Below are positions 29,000-39,651 of a stretch of DNA of 64,000 bases, piece by piece. Position 1 is the stretch's first letter, and each line of letters begins with the position of its first letter. The stretch covers positions 9,190-73,189 of the forward strand of contig CAVUYC010000027.1 in NCBI GenBank assembly GCA_963745605.1, given 5' to 3'. The DNA is from an uncultured Chloroflexia bacterium (GTDB lineage Bacteria > Chloroflexota > Dehalococcoidia > Dehalococcoidales > UBA2162). The position numbers and the translations under genes are program-made. Below the pieces are notes generated by a model. It was not told the DNA's origin. It did not search any database and worked only from the letters and a program-made list of their open reading frames with translations.

Positions 29000-29872
29000 T
29001 TGCGCAGCATGGAGCGAAACGTGCCAACCATAGACCTCAGCAGATGCACCAAATGCGGTTCGTGCGTCGATGAATGTCCGTCGCACACGCTCGCGTCAAA
29101 GGAAGACCGGATTCCCTTCGTCCAATCACCTGCAAACTGCATCGCCTGCGGCCACTGCGTTGCCGTCTGCCCGGTAGATGCCGTAACAGTGGAAAGCCTT
29201 CCACAGGAGGCTTTCACCAGACTCTCGGCGGTCGCTCCCGCCGAGGTCGTGAGGAACCTCCTTCTAGCGAGAAGGTCGACGAGGAAGTATCTGGACCGCC
29301 CCGTCCCCAGAGAACTCCTGGAGCAATTGATCGACTCAGGCGCCAGGGCAGGAACCGCGTCCAATGCCCAGACCGAGGGATTCGTTATCATCCAGGACAA
29401 AGCGATTTTGACAGACCTTGCCAACCTCGTGATCGAATCCCTATGGAACAGCCTGAAACACCTTGGCAACCCCGCCGGACGACTTGCGGTCAGAGCTGCA
29501 TACGGAGATGAAATGTCAAAGACGCTCATGGGATATTACTCGGCGTTCGCAAGGACGAGACGCAACGGCGAGGACTTCAGCATTTTTCGCGATGCGCCGG
29601 TCGTAATCGTGGCACACGGTCTCAGGAAGAATCCACTCGCTTCAACAAACTGCGCCCTGGCGATTAGAAATATGGAGACGTTCGGGCCTGCTCTGGGGCT
29701 GGCCACCTGCTGGGCAGGATTTCTGGTGACGGCAGCCCGGGGCAGAAAGATCGCCCGGTTCCTGGGGCTGACCGACGACCGCAACTTATATGGCGCAATC
29801 ATGGTGGGATATCCGAAGCACCACTACGGGAAGAGCATTCCGCCGCGGAAACGCGACATCAAATGGATGTGA
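29000..29872 (+). CDS. 2x[4Fe-4S] ferredoxin domain fused to a nitroreductase-family domain
   Basis: CTKCGSCVDECP and CIACGHCVAVCP, followed by RRSTRKYLDRPVP...AGTASNAQ (nitroreductase signature). Confidence 0.85.
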   Translation: MRSMERNVPTIDLSRCTKCGSCVDECPSHTLASKEDRIPFVQSPANCIACGHCVAVCPVDAVTVESLPQEAFTRLSAVAPAEVVRNLLLARRSTRKYLDRPVPRELLEQLIDSGARAGTASNAQTEGFVIIQDKAILTDLANLVIESLWNSLKHLGNPAGRLAVRAAYGDEMSKTLMGYYSAFARTRRNGEDFSIFRDAPVVIVAHGLRKNPLASTNCALAIRNMETFGPALGLATCWAGFLVTAARGRKIARFLGLTDDRNLYGAIMVGYPKHHYGKSIPPRKRDIKWM

Positions 29873-30044
29873 CGGCGTGTCCACCGCAATAGTGCGACGG
29901 CTCCAAGTTCCATGGTTCGGCGGGCGAGGCGATTTTGGCGCAAAGATGATAGACTTTTAGGATTGATCGACAGACCCTGGAAGCGTCCGGTGGCGCTGTC
30001 ACCGGCGCCTAGCATCGCAAACTACTTTTACGGAGGAGATGAAG

Positions 30045-31308
30045 ATGCCAACAGCCAAGTCACCTGCAGAGCTATACGCTGAGAGAGAAAAGCGACTGAG
30101 AGATGCTATTGAACTACGGGTACCAGACAGAGTTCCCATTGTCCTGACGACCAACTACTTCCCGGCGAGATACGTTGGCGGCGGGGTTGACGGTAGCTGA
30201 CTCTTACTACAAGCCTGAGGTCTGGAAGAAGGCCACACTAAAGACGATCTCGGAGCTTGAGCCTGACATCCAGGCGGCCCAGGCTGGGGGATCAGGTCCA
30301 GCTCTGGCTGCACTCGACCCGAAGCTCTTTAAATGGGCTGGGGGCGGGTTGGGACAGGATGTTATGCACCAGTACTATGAGGGCGAACCGCTCAAGGCGG
30401 ACGAATACGAAATGTTCCTGTCCGACCCGGGCGACTACACCCTCAGGGTCTATTTGCCAAGGGTGTGGAAGGAGATGGAACCGCTGGCAAAGCTTCCTTC
30501 GCTGCAGTCGCTGTGGGGAGGGTCGACGTTGCCGACAAGGGCCGCAGCGTTTAATGACCCCGATGTGAAAAAGGCTTTTGCCGCCCTGGCAAAGTCGGCT
30601 GAAGAGCAGCAGAAGCACAGCCGCGTAATGGGCACCATTGACGAGGACCTGGCTGAACTCGGATTCCCGTCGCTCGCCCAGGGTAACGCAGCAGCCCCGT
30701 TCGACGCGGTCTCCGACCATCTGCGCGGCATGGCCGGAGCGATGATGGACCTCTACCGTCACCCTGCGGAGATCGAGAAAGCCTGCGAGCTCATCCTCTC
30801 ACGGTCGATCTCCTCAGGCCTCATGGCTCTGAACGCCAAACGAGGCAACCCAAAGCGTGTGGGAAGCGCGCTTCATCGCGGTTCAGACGGTTTCATGACA
30901 CTCAAGCATTTTGAACGGTTTTACTGGGCGACGTTCAAGAAGCTGGTCATGACCACGACAAGTGCCGGCCTGGTACACGTGCCATTCTACGAAGGGAACT
31001 GGGAGCAGAGGCTGGAGTATCTTCTTGAGCTTCCCAAGGCGAAGACAATCGCAAGGTTTGCCCTCACGGATATGGCAAAAGCGAAGCAGGTACTGAAAGG
31101 GCATTCATGCATCATGGGCGGCGTCCCCCACGGGCTACTTCAGGTAGGATCACCTTCAGAAGTCGAAGAGTTGGTCAAGAACCTGATAAAGACCTGCGGA
31201 AAAGATGGGGGACTTATTGTGACGACCAGCACAGGGATCACCCACGAAGCCAAGCCCGAGAACGTTAAGGCGATGATCGACGCAGTCAAGAAATACGGCA
31301 AATATTAG
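30045..31308 (+). pseudogene. Uroporphyrinogen decarboxylase (URO-D) family protein (MtaA/methyltransferase-like), frame-disrupted at the G4 run 30183-30186 as sequenced
   Basis: ATG at 30045 with GGAGGAG 8 nt upstream gives MPTAKSPAELYAEREKRLRDAIELRVPDRVPIVLTTNYFPARYVGGG. This continues as LTVADSYYKPEVW... (ORF 30175..31308) if one G is skipped. Confidence 0.7.
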
Positions 31309-31318
31309 TCTATCATAG

Positions 31319-31352
31319 AAAAAGGGGGCATTCATCAGGACGCCCCCTTTTT
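31319..31352. terminator. Bidirectional rho-independent terminator
   Basis: AAAAAGGGGGC-12 nt-GCCCCCTTTTT. Confidence 0.7.
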
Positions 31353-31432
31353 CTATTGCCAAAATGCGAGACCGTCACTAACCAGTCGGAACAAGACCTG
31401 ATTTGACAGAGATAACCGTACAGGAATTACAG

Positions 31433-31621
31433 CTACTGCTTTCCCTGGGTTCCCCGGAACCGTTTTATTGCCGCGCCCACAATCGCTCCGAGGAAGGCAC
31501 CAACAAGGTCACCAATAATAAAACCGGCCGACCCTCCAATAGTGGACACGCCTACAAGACCGCCAAAGAGGAGACCGAAGGTGAGCCCGACCACCACATA
31601 CCAATCTGCGGGCCTTATCAT
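31433..31621 (-). CDS. Small glycine-zipper membrane protein, hypothetical
   Basis: 62 aa. GLTFGLLFGGLVG...GGSAGFIIGDLVGAFLGAIVGAAI. Confidence 0.45.
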   Translation of the reverse strand: MIRPADWYVVVGLTFGLLFGGLVGVSTIGGSAGFIIGDLVGAFLGAIVGAAIKRFRGTQGKQ

Positions 31622-32024
31622 ACGCTTTTCGTCTCAATCACGTCCGAAGTCATCAGAAGCAACCCGGGGCAGACACGAGGTCAGTGTTCGGTCACCGGGG
31701 CTGGCCACATTATAAGGCTTGCGTCAGGGAAGTCCAACCACAGCTCGCAGCCAGCTAATTGGACCCCATATCGGTGCCAATTCGGCAGTTGCCCCGTCCA
31801 GATTCCCGGGGTCCAGCGGTTTCATTCGAAAGGGTGGCTGCCGGGAATCAGTCAGATCGAGTTTGACTCACGGAAATGACGAGCTTTATAATTATCACAG
31901 TAGACAGAATATCGGATAAATACGCTCATATTTATCCTGTTTCACAGATAGCCTCGGTATTCAGCAGACCATTGATCCAAGCCAGGGTTGAGATTCCGAT
32001 CACTCTAGAGGAGGTAGGTTGACT

Positions 32025-33972
32025 ATGTTCCAAGAAGCAACCGGGCGCGGCGCCAATGCATGGCCCTATCCCGTCAACTACGGGAAGGAGAACGAATATG
32101 CGGCGGACGTGCTCATCGTTGGCGCCGGAATAGCCGGATGCCACGCAGCAATCAACGCGGCCAAGAGAGGAATGAAGGTGGCAGTGGTTGAGAAAGGCGC
32201 CACCGTTCATAGCGGCTGCAGCGGGGCCGGCGTGGACCATTGGGGAGCTGCCTATGGCAACCCATGCTGCACGTCCGACATCGAGCAGGCGGCTGAAGCC
32301 AGCGCACGCAACCGTGCTTACGTCAACGGCATGATCAGCTACATCATCATGCGGGAGTCGTATGACGCCCTCCTCGACGTGGAAAAGATGGGAATGAAAT
32401 TCCGCGATGAGGACGACGAGTTCAAGGGCGCGCCGTTTCGCGATGACAAGACCAAGATCATGTTCGCCTACGACTACACCTCGCGGACGAACATCAGGGT
32501 GCGCGAAGGTGCACACGTCAAGCCTATCCTGTACCGGGAGATGCTGCGCCTCGGCGTGAAGGTCTTCGACCGGGTCATGGCGACGAACCTGCTTACCGAA
32601 AACGGTAAACCCGGCGGAAGGGTCATCGGCGTAATGGGCGTGCACGTACGCACAGGCGAGTTCTACGTCGTGAGAGCAAAGTCAACCGTTCTCGAGCGCG
32701 GCACAATACTCCGGTATCTGGGTATTCAACACCGAGCTGGCTGGTTCGGCCGTCCACCTCGACGAACCAAACAACGTGGGTGAAGGCGCTGCTATGGCCT
32801 GGAGGGCAGGAGCAGAGCTTACTTTGATGGAAAGAAGCAAAGGACCAGTCCACGGTGCCTTCGGCTGGCCCAGATTCGGCGTTGGCAGCCCGACGAACAC
32901 GTGGTTCCCCTGTAACATCGTCGATGCCAACGGAAAGGAAGTCCCGTGGGTTGACCGCGAGGGCAACATCCTCAGGACCGTGGAAGAAAGGACCGGCCAC
33001 AAAGTCCAGGCTTCTCCCACGCCAGACATGGTAGACATGATCGCCAGAGGGGAGCTTGTTCTTCCCCTGTACGCCGATCTTCCAAGCATGCCGGAGCACG
33101 AGAGAAGGGCGATCTGGGGGTTGATGATAGCCAACGAAGGCAAGACCCGTGTTCCCGTCTACGAGGTGTACGGTGAGTACGGCTTCGACCCCAATAAGGA
33201 TATGCTGCAAACGCCTATTACAGAGCACGAAGTTGGCGGCGAGGGCATGGGTCCACCGCTGTGGCGTAGCGCATCGGCGGGCGGCGGATGGGGTAGCGGC
33301 GGTGTCGTCGTGGATTGGGATCTGGGGACCACGCTTCCCGGCCTTTACGCCGCTGGCAACTCGATCGCAGGGCAAAACGGCGGACACCCCGGTGCCGCAA
33401 CCACCGGACGGTACGCCGGACGCAAAGCGGCCTCCTTTGCTGCCCGAAACGACCTGCTTGCGCCCGACAGAAAGCAAATCGACGCTGAGAAAGCAAGGGT
33501 CTATCAGCGCGTCGGTCAGAGAGGGGACGTGGGTTGGAAGGAGTTGCATGCTGGCGTCTCAAGGGCCATGCAAATCTACTGCGGCGCCTACAAGAGCGAG
33601 AGGATGCTGCAGACCGGCCTTTGGTGGCTTGATTCCATCAAGAAGACGGAGGTGGCCAACACCTACGTACGCAACCCTCATGAGCTTGAGCGTTACCTCG
33701 AGTGCCTGACCAGGCTCACTCTAAGCGAGGTCATTATCAACGCTTCTCTGGCCCGCAAAGCCTCGAGCAACATCCTGGATTTTCACCGCGTCGACTTCCC
33801 AACCGTGGAACCGAGGGACTGGAGAAAGTACGTCACCTTGAAGCTCAAGGACGACAGCGTGACCACAGGTGATCTTCCTTTGGACTATTACATCTCGGGT
33901 CAGAACGCCTCAACCTTCAAAGAGAATTACGAGTCTCACGCCGGACTCAACGACATGAGGTCAGTTAAATGA
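32025..33972 (+). pseudogene. FAD-dependent oxidoreductase of the AprA/SdhA/FrdA flavoprotein type, frame-disrupted between 32674 and 32780 as sequenced
   Basis: DVLIVGAGIAGCHAAINAAKRGMKVAVVEK dinucleotide fold. ORF 32019..32783 ends out of frame after AKSTVL. Conserved GIWVFNTELAGSAVHLDEPNNVGEGAAMAWRAGAEL continues in ORF 32776..33972. Confidence 0.7.
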
Positions 33973-35777
33973 ACAACGAAGCCTATTTGGTCCCCAACCC
34001 AGCTGCCCCTTGCCAGCCGATAAGGATCAACCCCGAATTCTGTATTAGCTGCTATCGGTGCGCCGATCAGTGCCGCGTGGACATCATGGCACGCAACATC
34101 CCCAAAGTCGGGGGCATTTCGCGCTGCGAAGTGAGCTGCCCCGCTGGCGAGAACATCAGGTGGACCACCTATTACCTCGACAAGGGCAGGTTCGAAGATG
34201 CCCTTGAGGCAATCAAGGTCGAGAATCCGTTTCCGGGCGTTTGCGGCCGCGTGTGTTTCCATCCCTGCGAGGAGAAGTGTGCCCGCATCCCTCTGGATGA
34301 GGGCATAGGCACCAACGCGCTGGAAAGGGCGGCATTCGACTACGCAGATGTAACGAAGGTAAAACGGCCCAGGAAAAAGAGAGCCACCGGCAAGACGGTA
34401 GCCATTATTGGGGGCGGTCCTGCTGGCCTAACCGCTGCGTATTACCTGGCGCTCCTGGGACACAAAGTGACTGTCTTTGAGGCGCAACCCGTGGCGGGAG
34501 GCATTCCCAGGGTCCAAATCCCCGAATACAGACTGCCTGCCGCAGTTGTCGACCGAGAGGTGAAAGAAATTCAGGCTCTCGGCGTCGAAATCAAATTGAA
34601 CACCAAGGTTGATGCAGTTGCCTTTGCCAAAATCAAGAAAGACTACAATGCCGTCTTCGTAGCGACGGGCGCCCCTGTCTCTTCAAAGCTTGGAGTTCCC
34701 GGCGAGGAGTTGACCGGGGTAATCGGAGCACTTGAATTCTTGAGAAGGGCGAGGCTGGAGAATAGCGCCACGGTTGGCAAGAACGTAGTCATCATCGGTG
34801 GCGGGAACGTGGCTACTGACTCCGCCCGACTGGCCCGCCGATTAGGCGCCGAAGTGGTAACGATGACCTGCCTTGAGAGCAAGGACACTATGCCGGCTTA
34901 CAAGTCCGAGGTTGAGCTTGCCGAAGCCGAGGGGATACAAGTGAACGCGTGCTGGGGCGTGAAGAAGATAATCGGCCAGGACGGGAAGGTCGCCGGCGTC
35001 GAACTGAAGTCCTGCACGTCAGTTCTGGATAAAGAGGGGCGCTTCAGCCCATCTTACGACGAGGGCGTATCTTGCGTCATAGCCGCCGACACTGTCGTCG
35101 CTGCCATCGGCCAAATGACTGACCTGTCCTTCGCCGACACCGAGATCAGGGCAGGATCACGCGTAAAGATAGACAACGACTCACTGGCAACGCCATTGGC
35201 CGGCGTCTTCTCCGGAGGCGACGTGGCATCCACCATACGTTCTATCGTTCAGGCTATTGCTTCCGGGAAACGAGCCGCCGTGAGCATCGACCTCTATCTT
35301 GGGGGCGGAGATAAGAACAGATTGACCGCGGCAGGGATCGGACCCATTGCTATGCGACCCTACATGGCCGGCCGCTCTACTGCCTTCGAAAACCGCGTGC
35401 CTGAGGAAGCGCAATACGCCGAGTACGGACCTACCAAGAGGCAACAGCCTACAATGCTTCCTGCAGACACACGAATCAAAATGCTGGATGAGGTAAACAA
35501 AGGCCTGTCGAGAGAACAGTCGGTCGCCGAAGCGACGAGATGCTTCCGCTGCAGCCAGTACGAACCGCCGATTATTCTTTATCCAGACGAATGCTGGTTC
35601 TGCGGAACCTGCGTAGAGGAATGCCCGGCTAAGGGCGCCATACGGATGGAGCACCCACTGAATCAGAGGGTCGGATGGAAACGTAAGGAAAGTGGAGAAC
35701 TATTCCGCGTTGGGCAGAAGGATCCTCCGAAGCCGTACACCGTACCACCGGTCGGTGAGAAGCCTCGTTTCAGCTAA
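33969..35777 (+). CDS. GltD-like NAD(P)H-dependent Fe-S flavoprotein, with one ferredoxin CxxCxxCxxxC motif at each end
   Basis: ATGA overlap with the preceding gene. CISCYRCADQC at the N-terminus. GltD-type cysteine clusters (CEVSCPAG, VCGRVCFHPCEEKC). GGGPAGLTAAYYLA and GGGNVATD Rossmann motifs. C-terminal CWFCGTCVEECP. Confidence 0.85.
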   Translation: MNNEAYLVPNPAAPCQPIRINPEFCISCYRCADQCRVDIMARNIPKVGGISRCEVSCPAGENIRWTTYYLDKGRFEDALEAIKVENPFPGVCGRVCFHPCEEKCARIPLDEGIGTNALERAAFDYADVTKVKRPRKKRATGKTVAIIGGGPAGLTAAYYLALLGHKVTVFEAQPVAGGIPRVQIPEYRLPAAVVDREVKEIQALGVEIKLNTKVDAVAFAKIKKDYNAVFVATGAPVSSKLGVPGEELTGVIGALEFLRRARLENSATVGKNVVIIGGGNVATDSARLARRLGAEVVTMTCLESKDTMPAYKSEVELAEAEGIQVNACWGVKKIIGQDGKVAGVELKSCTSVLDKEGRFSPSYDEGVSCVIAADTVVAAIGQMTDLSFADTEIRAGSRVKIDNDSLATPLAGVFSGGDVASTIRSIVQAIASGKRAAVSIDLYLGGGDKNRLTAAGIGPIAMRPYMAGRSTAFENRVPEEAQYAEYGPTKRQQPTMLPADTRIKMLDEVNKGLSREQSVAEATRCFRCSQYEPPIILYPDECWFCGTCVEECPAKGAIRMEHPLNQRVGWKRKESGELFRVGQKDPPKPYTVPPVGEKPRFS

Positions 35778-35790
35778 GTTTAGACTACTG

Positions 35791-35845
35791 ATGTCCCCCC
35801 GGCTTTTGTCCGGAGAGGAAAGCGGGGGGACATTTCCTTCTCTTG
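35791..35845 (+). terminator. Strong hairpin/terminator after the GltD-like gene
   Basis: ATGTCCCCCCG(G)CTTT ... AAAGCGGGGGGACAT followed by TTCCTTCTCTT. Confidence 0.65.
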
Positions 35846-35872
35846 GAGATTCCACAATCGCACTGCGACTAC

Positions 35873-36118
35873 TCAGGCTCGCATCAGCCGGCAAGGCACC
35901 TCTGAACCGCAATCGTGGTAGATGTAGTTGCCTTTTTGGACGAACTTACGACTGGCGACCATCGTCGATTCCACGAACTGAAGGGTTTCTACGGTTTTGC
36001 ACCTGGGGCATTGAGCAGTAAGGTCATAGGGCACCGGCTCGAACTTGATTTTGAGGATTTCAAGCCGCCTCTTCTCGAGGAGTTCCTGCCACGGCGCACG
36101 GGAAGCAGAGATTACCAC
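35873..36118 (-). CDS. Small Cys-containing protein (possible zinc ribbon), hypothetical
   Basis: 81 aa. GTG start with GGAGGG 6 nt upstream. CPRC ... HDCGSEVPC. Confidence 0.4.
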   Translation of the reverse strand: MVISASRAPWQELLEKRRLEILKIKFEPVPYDLTAQCPRCKTVETLQFVESTMVASRKFVQKGNYIYHDCGSEVPCRLMRA

Positions 36119-36317
36119 GGGCGACCCTCCAAGTCATTTATCTTCAGCAGTATTAATCTAACTTCACCAAACCAACCTGTACATAGGCAGATCGTACCGG
36201 ATAGGCTGTTACCAGGCTGGAAAGAAGTACTGGACGGACTGGTTGTGTTGGCCAAATGAGAGACACAGGGGTATACTGATGCCTGTCTCCAGAGAACAAC
36301 GGCGAAGGACGTAAAGG

Positions 36318-36545
36318 TTGGACACGCAAAAGCAGGTCGTGCTCAAGGACGTTCACGGAATGGGGGAAGAGTTCACGCTCCTTGACGGCGTCGATGAGGA
36401 GGGCAAACTCTGGATATACGGTCAGCGAAGGTCGGACGGGAAGTGCGCCATCTGCGGGCGCGGAGTGTCCGACGGATGGTCGTGTTTCGATGACGGGTCC
36501 GTCGTATGTAACGACCACGTCACGTTGAGCGGAAAGATAAACTGA
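36318..36545 (+). CDS. Small hypothetical protein with a CAIC...C...C motif
   Basis: 75-aa ORF with TTG start and AAGGA-type RBS. No family recognised. Confidence 0.3.
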   Translation: MDTQKQVVLKDVHGMGEEFTLLDGVDEEGKLWIYGQRRSDGKCAICGRGVSDGWSCFDDGSVVCNDHVTLSGKIN

Positions 36546-36555
36546 CAGTGCGGAG

Positions 36556-36640
36556 TGGTGGGGAAGGAGGGATTTGAACCCTCACGCCTCGCGGCACTGG
36601 ATTCTAAGTCCAGGCTGTCTGCCAATTCCAGCACTTCCCC
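36556..36640 (-). tRNA. tRNA-Leu (anticodon TAG), long variable arm, CCA encoded
   Basis: GGGGAAG-TG-CTGGAATTGGCAGACAG-C-CTGGA-CTTAGAA-TCCAG-TGCCGCGAGGCGT-GAGGG-TTCAAAT-CCCTC-CTTCCCC-A-CCA. Confidence 0.9.
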
Positions 36641-36684
36641 GCAAATGAATGTTAGCAAAACGGGGAAGCACGGGCAATCCGGCG

Positions 36685-38142
36685 CTACACCTTCTTGTGC
36701 TTCCACCGACCTAGACGGAAATAGACGGTATAGATGATGGCGGCAGCCACGGTCCCCGCAACGATGCCCCATCTCACCCCATAGACGCCCAGGCCCGTCA
36801 TCTTGGGCAAGAAATAGGCGAGAGGAATCTGCATCAACCACATATTTACAACCATGACGATCATGGGCACCATCGTGTCGCCGGCGCCATTGACACACTG
36901 CTGGAAGACGTTGGTAAGACCCATGACAACCCAATTCGCGCAGGCAATTCGAAGGAACAAGGCGGCGACGATTACCAGTTCGGGGTCGTTGTCAAAGATC
37001 CTGACGATGGCCTCTGCCCAGATTAGTACTGCCACTGAAATGACCATGAAGGCGCCGGTGAGAATAGCTGCTGCGGTCCAGCCGGTCTTTTCAGCCCTTT
37101 CGGGCCGACTCGCACCAAGGTTTTGCCCGGCTAGTACACCGGCCGCCTGCCCGATACCCATGGCCGGCATCTGAAGGAACATCTCAACTCGCTGGTTAAG
37201 CGAGTGCGCCGCGACGGCGATCGTTCCAAAAGGCCCGATGATGGCGATTAGTACAAGATTTCCTAGCGTCCGTTGCATCGCCGTGATCGAAGCGGGAATG
37301 CCCACCTTCAAGAGACGCCAAATCATCGCAAAATCGATCCGGAAGCCCTTAAAATTGAGGTGCAATCGTGTACGCCCGCTGTAGAGGAACCACATGCCAA
37401 GCCCCGCACCGATGGCCTGGGAGAACACTGCGGTGGTGGCCGCACCATTGACTCCCATCTTGGGGAAGAACAGGAGACCGAAGATGAGGAGTGGACAGAC
37501 CGCTATATGCACCATCCTGAAAAACACTGCGATCCACATAGGCGTCCGGGAATCTCCCGAGGCCTGCATCATGCTTTCGGTCATATTGCGAAAGGACATC
37601 GTGACCATACCGATGAAGTTGATGGCAAGGTAAGGAGCCCCGAGGACAACGATATCTTCTCCAACCCCCATCATCCGCATGATAGGCACGGCGAGGAAGT
37701 GACCAATAGCGGCCATTGTTACAGAGTAGGCGAGGCTGATGACAACCGCCTGGCGGGCTATGTGATTGGCCATAGCACTGTCGCCGGCGCCGATGAACCG
37801 GGCAACCATGGCCCTGAGCCCCTGATAAAGCCCCATCGTTAGGGAGTTGGCGAGTTGCACTATCATCCCGGAGACGCCGACGGCGGCAATGGCCGCCGCA
37901 CCCAGCTTGCCAACCCATATCATGTCGATGGTCGGCCCCAGCATGTTGAGGCTTCCGCCGACTATCATGGGCCAGGAAAGGGAGATCAGGTTGCCGGTAA
38001 TACTCCCCTTGGTCCAATCGCGGCTCCGGAGCCGCGGCGCGTCCGCCCGAGTAGGCTGTCTTTTCCGTCGCTTTTGTCCAGTGCTTTCCGGCATGGCGAC
38101 TCGTCTGAGTCGCCAGCCAAATACTTCAACCTGGGTTAACAT
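36685..38142 (-). CDS. MATE family efflux transporter
   Basis: 485 aa, 12 TMs. RDWTKGSITGNLISLSWPMIVG N-terminus typical of MATE. Alternative start ATG at 38094. Confidence 0.85.
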   Translation of the reverse strand: MLTQVEVFGWRLRRVAMPESTGQKRRKRQPTRADAPRLRSRDWTKGSITGNLISLSWPMIVGGSLNMLGPTIDMIWVGKLGAAAIAAVGVSGMIVQLANSLTMGLYQGLRAMVARFIGAGDSAMANHIARQAVVISLAYSVTMAAIGHFLAVPIMRMMGVGEDIVVLGAPYLAINFIGMVTMSFRNMTESMMQASGDSRTPMWIAVFFRMVHIAVCPLLIFGLLFFPKMGVNGAATTAVFSQAIGAGLGMWFLYSGRTRLHLNFKGFRIDFAMIWRLLKVGIPASITAMQRTLGNLVLIAIIGPFGTIAVAAHSLNQRVEMFLQMPAMGIGQAAGVLAGQNLGASRPERAEKTGWTAAAILTGAFMVISVAVLIWAEAIVRIFDNDPELVIVAALFLRIACANWVVMGLTNVFQQCVNGAGDTMVPMIVMVVNMWLMQIPLAYFLPKMTGLGVYGVRWGIVAGTVAAAIIYTVYFRLGRWKHKKV

Positions 38143-38245
38143 TGGCCATTCTACGCCGTCGGCTGGACTGAGACAACACGAAGCGTCGCGACCAGGGCTG
38201 GTTCCGTTTTATCCCGCATTCGATGACTGATATGATGAACAGGTT

Positions 38246-39490
38246 ATGTCGTTAGCAGTCCCCCGCGCTCGACGACGAGCGCGTATCATAACCCCGGAAC
38301 TGATCGCCGTAATCGCGATCGTGGGGCTTGCCAGCATGGCCATGGCATTGCTCCAGCCCGTCTTGCCGCTGTATCTGAAATCGCTCGGGGTGAGCCCACT
38401 ACTGATAGGACTCATGGGCTCTGCCGGAATGGCGGGAATGGTGCTTGGGGAAAGCTCAGGAGGCTGGCTCGCTGACCGAGTCGGCATCAAAGCCCCGCTG
38501 ATCATCGGAACGTTTCTGTGCGTTCCGCTGGTGTTGTCTTTCGTTTTCGTGACGGACCCTTCCTTCATCTTTTTGATCTTCTTCATATGGGGGATCGTGC
38601 GAGCCGCCATCTTCGGCCCTGGACGAGGATATATTGGGACAAAGATCCCGGTGACGCAAAAAGCGACGATCATGGCCCTGTACGGCACAGCCATGGCAGG
38701 TTTCCGAGGACTGGGGACTCTCTCAAGCGGCTTCATAGTCGACAGCAAGGGATACGACTGGGTCTTCTATGCCGGCGCAGCCGTGGGAGTCATGGCCGGC
38801 TTGCTGGTAATATTTTCGCTGAAGAGCGAGAGGAAAACAGCGCGAAGGGCCTTCATCGAGCGGGATAGTGTTAAGAAACAGACGTCGCCGGCGGAGGTGC
38901 CTTTGTACCGGCACAGACCATTCGTGACGCAATCGGCGATTGCCCTCTTCTTCTTTGCTGCCTCTGGCCTGGGGGCCTTCATCTCGTTACTTGGAGTGGA
39001 GGTGGCCAGGCTGGACGCAGCAGAGGTAGGTGTCCTTTTTACCATCAGTGCCGTGGCCAGCGCCATATTACAGGTACCAATGGGACGTATGGCAGACCGA
39101 TTCAGCAAGCGAAACATGATGCTCGCGGGGCTGCTGGTTACCGGTGCCGGACAGGCGGTGGTGGGACTCTCGCACGGATTTCCGCAGATGGCGGCAGGCA
39201 TGATAATCGCGAGCGCCGGCGGAGCATGTTTTGGACCGGCCGCGGTGGCGCTGCTTTCGGATAACGTTCCGATGACCCGCCAGAATACTGCAATGGGGAT
39301 CTACGGCGGTTGTGAAGATGCAGGCGTCATTCTGGGGTCAGCCATGGGCGGAGTGGTGTGGTCCGTTTTCGGGCCGATGTGGACCTTCCTTCTCATTGGT
39401 TCCTTTTGCGCGGTCGTAGGGGCAGTAATAGCGTTCTTCGGGCTCAAACACAGACCAACGGCGGCGACACTTCAATCGAATCCGACGTAG
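38246..39490 (+). CDS. MFS transporter
   Basis: 414 aa, 12 TMs. GWLADRVGIK and GRMADRFSKR MFS loop motifs. Confidence 0.85.
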   Translation: MSLAVPRARRRARIITPELIAVIAIVGLASMAMALLQPVLPLYLKSLGVSPLLIGLMGSAGMAGMVLGESSGGWLADRVGIKAPLIIGTFLCVPLVLSFVFVTDPSFIFLIFFIWGIVRAAIFGPGRGYIGTKIPVTQKATIMALYGTAMAGFRGLGTLSSGFIVDSKGYDWVFYAGAAVGVMAGLLVIFSLKSERKTARRAFIERDSVKKQTSPAEVPLYRHRPFVTQSAIALFFFAASGLGAFISLLGVEVARLDAAEVGVLFTISAVASAILQVPMGRMADRFSKRNMMLAGLLVTGAGQAVVGLSHGFPQMAAGMIIASAGGACFGPAAVALLSDNVPMTRQNTAMGIYGGCEDAGVILGSAMGGVVWSVFGPMWTFLLIGSFCAVVGAVIAFFGLKHRPTAATLQSNPT

Positions 39491-39651
39491 CCGACAACTT
39501 GGTGGGGGCCCTTGCCGGGCAATCCTCTTGCCCATTCTCCGCAGTCTCAATCAAGTTCGATTCGCGCCAGGGACACGTTCCCAAACGCGCCACTTTGACT
39601 ACAATAGTCTTATTGGAGACTCTGGCCAAAGCATGGCTGAGGAGACCGAAA

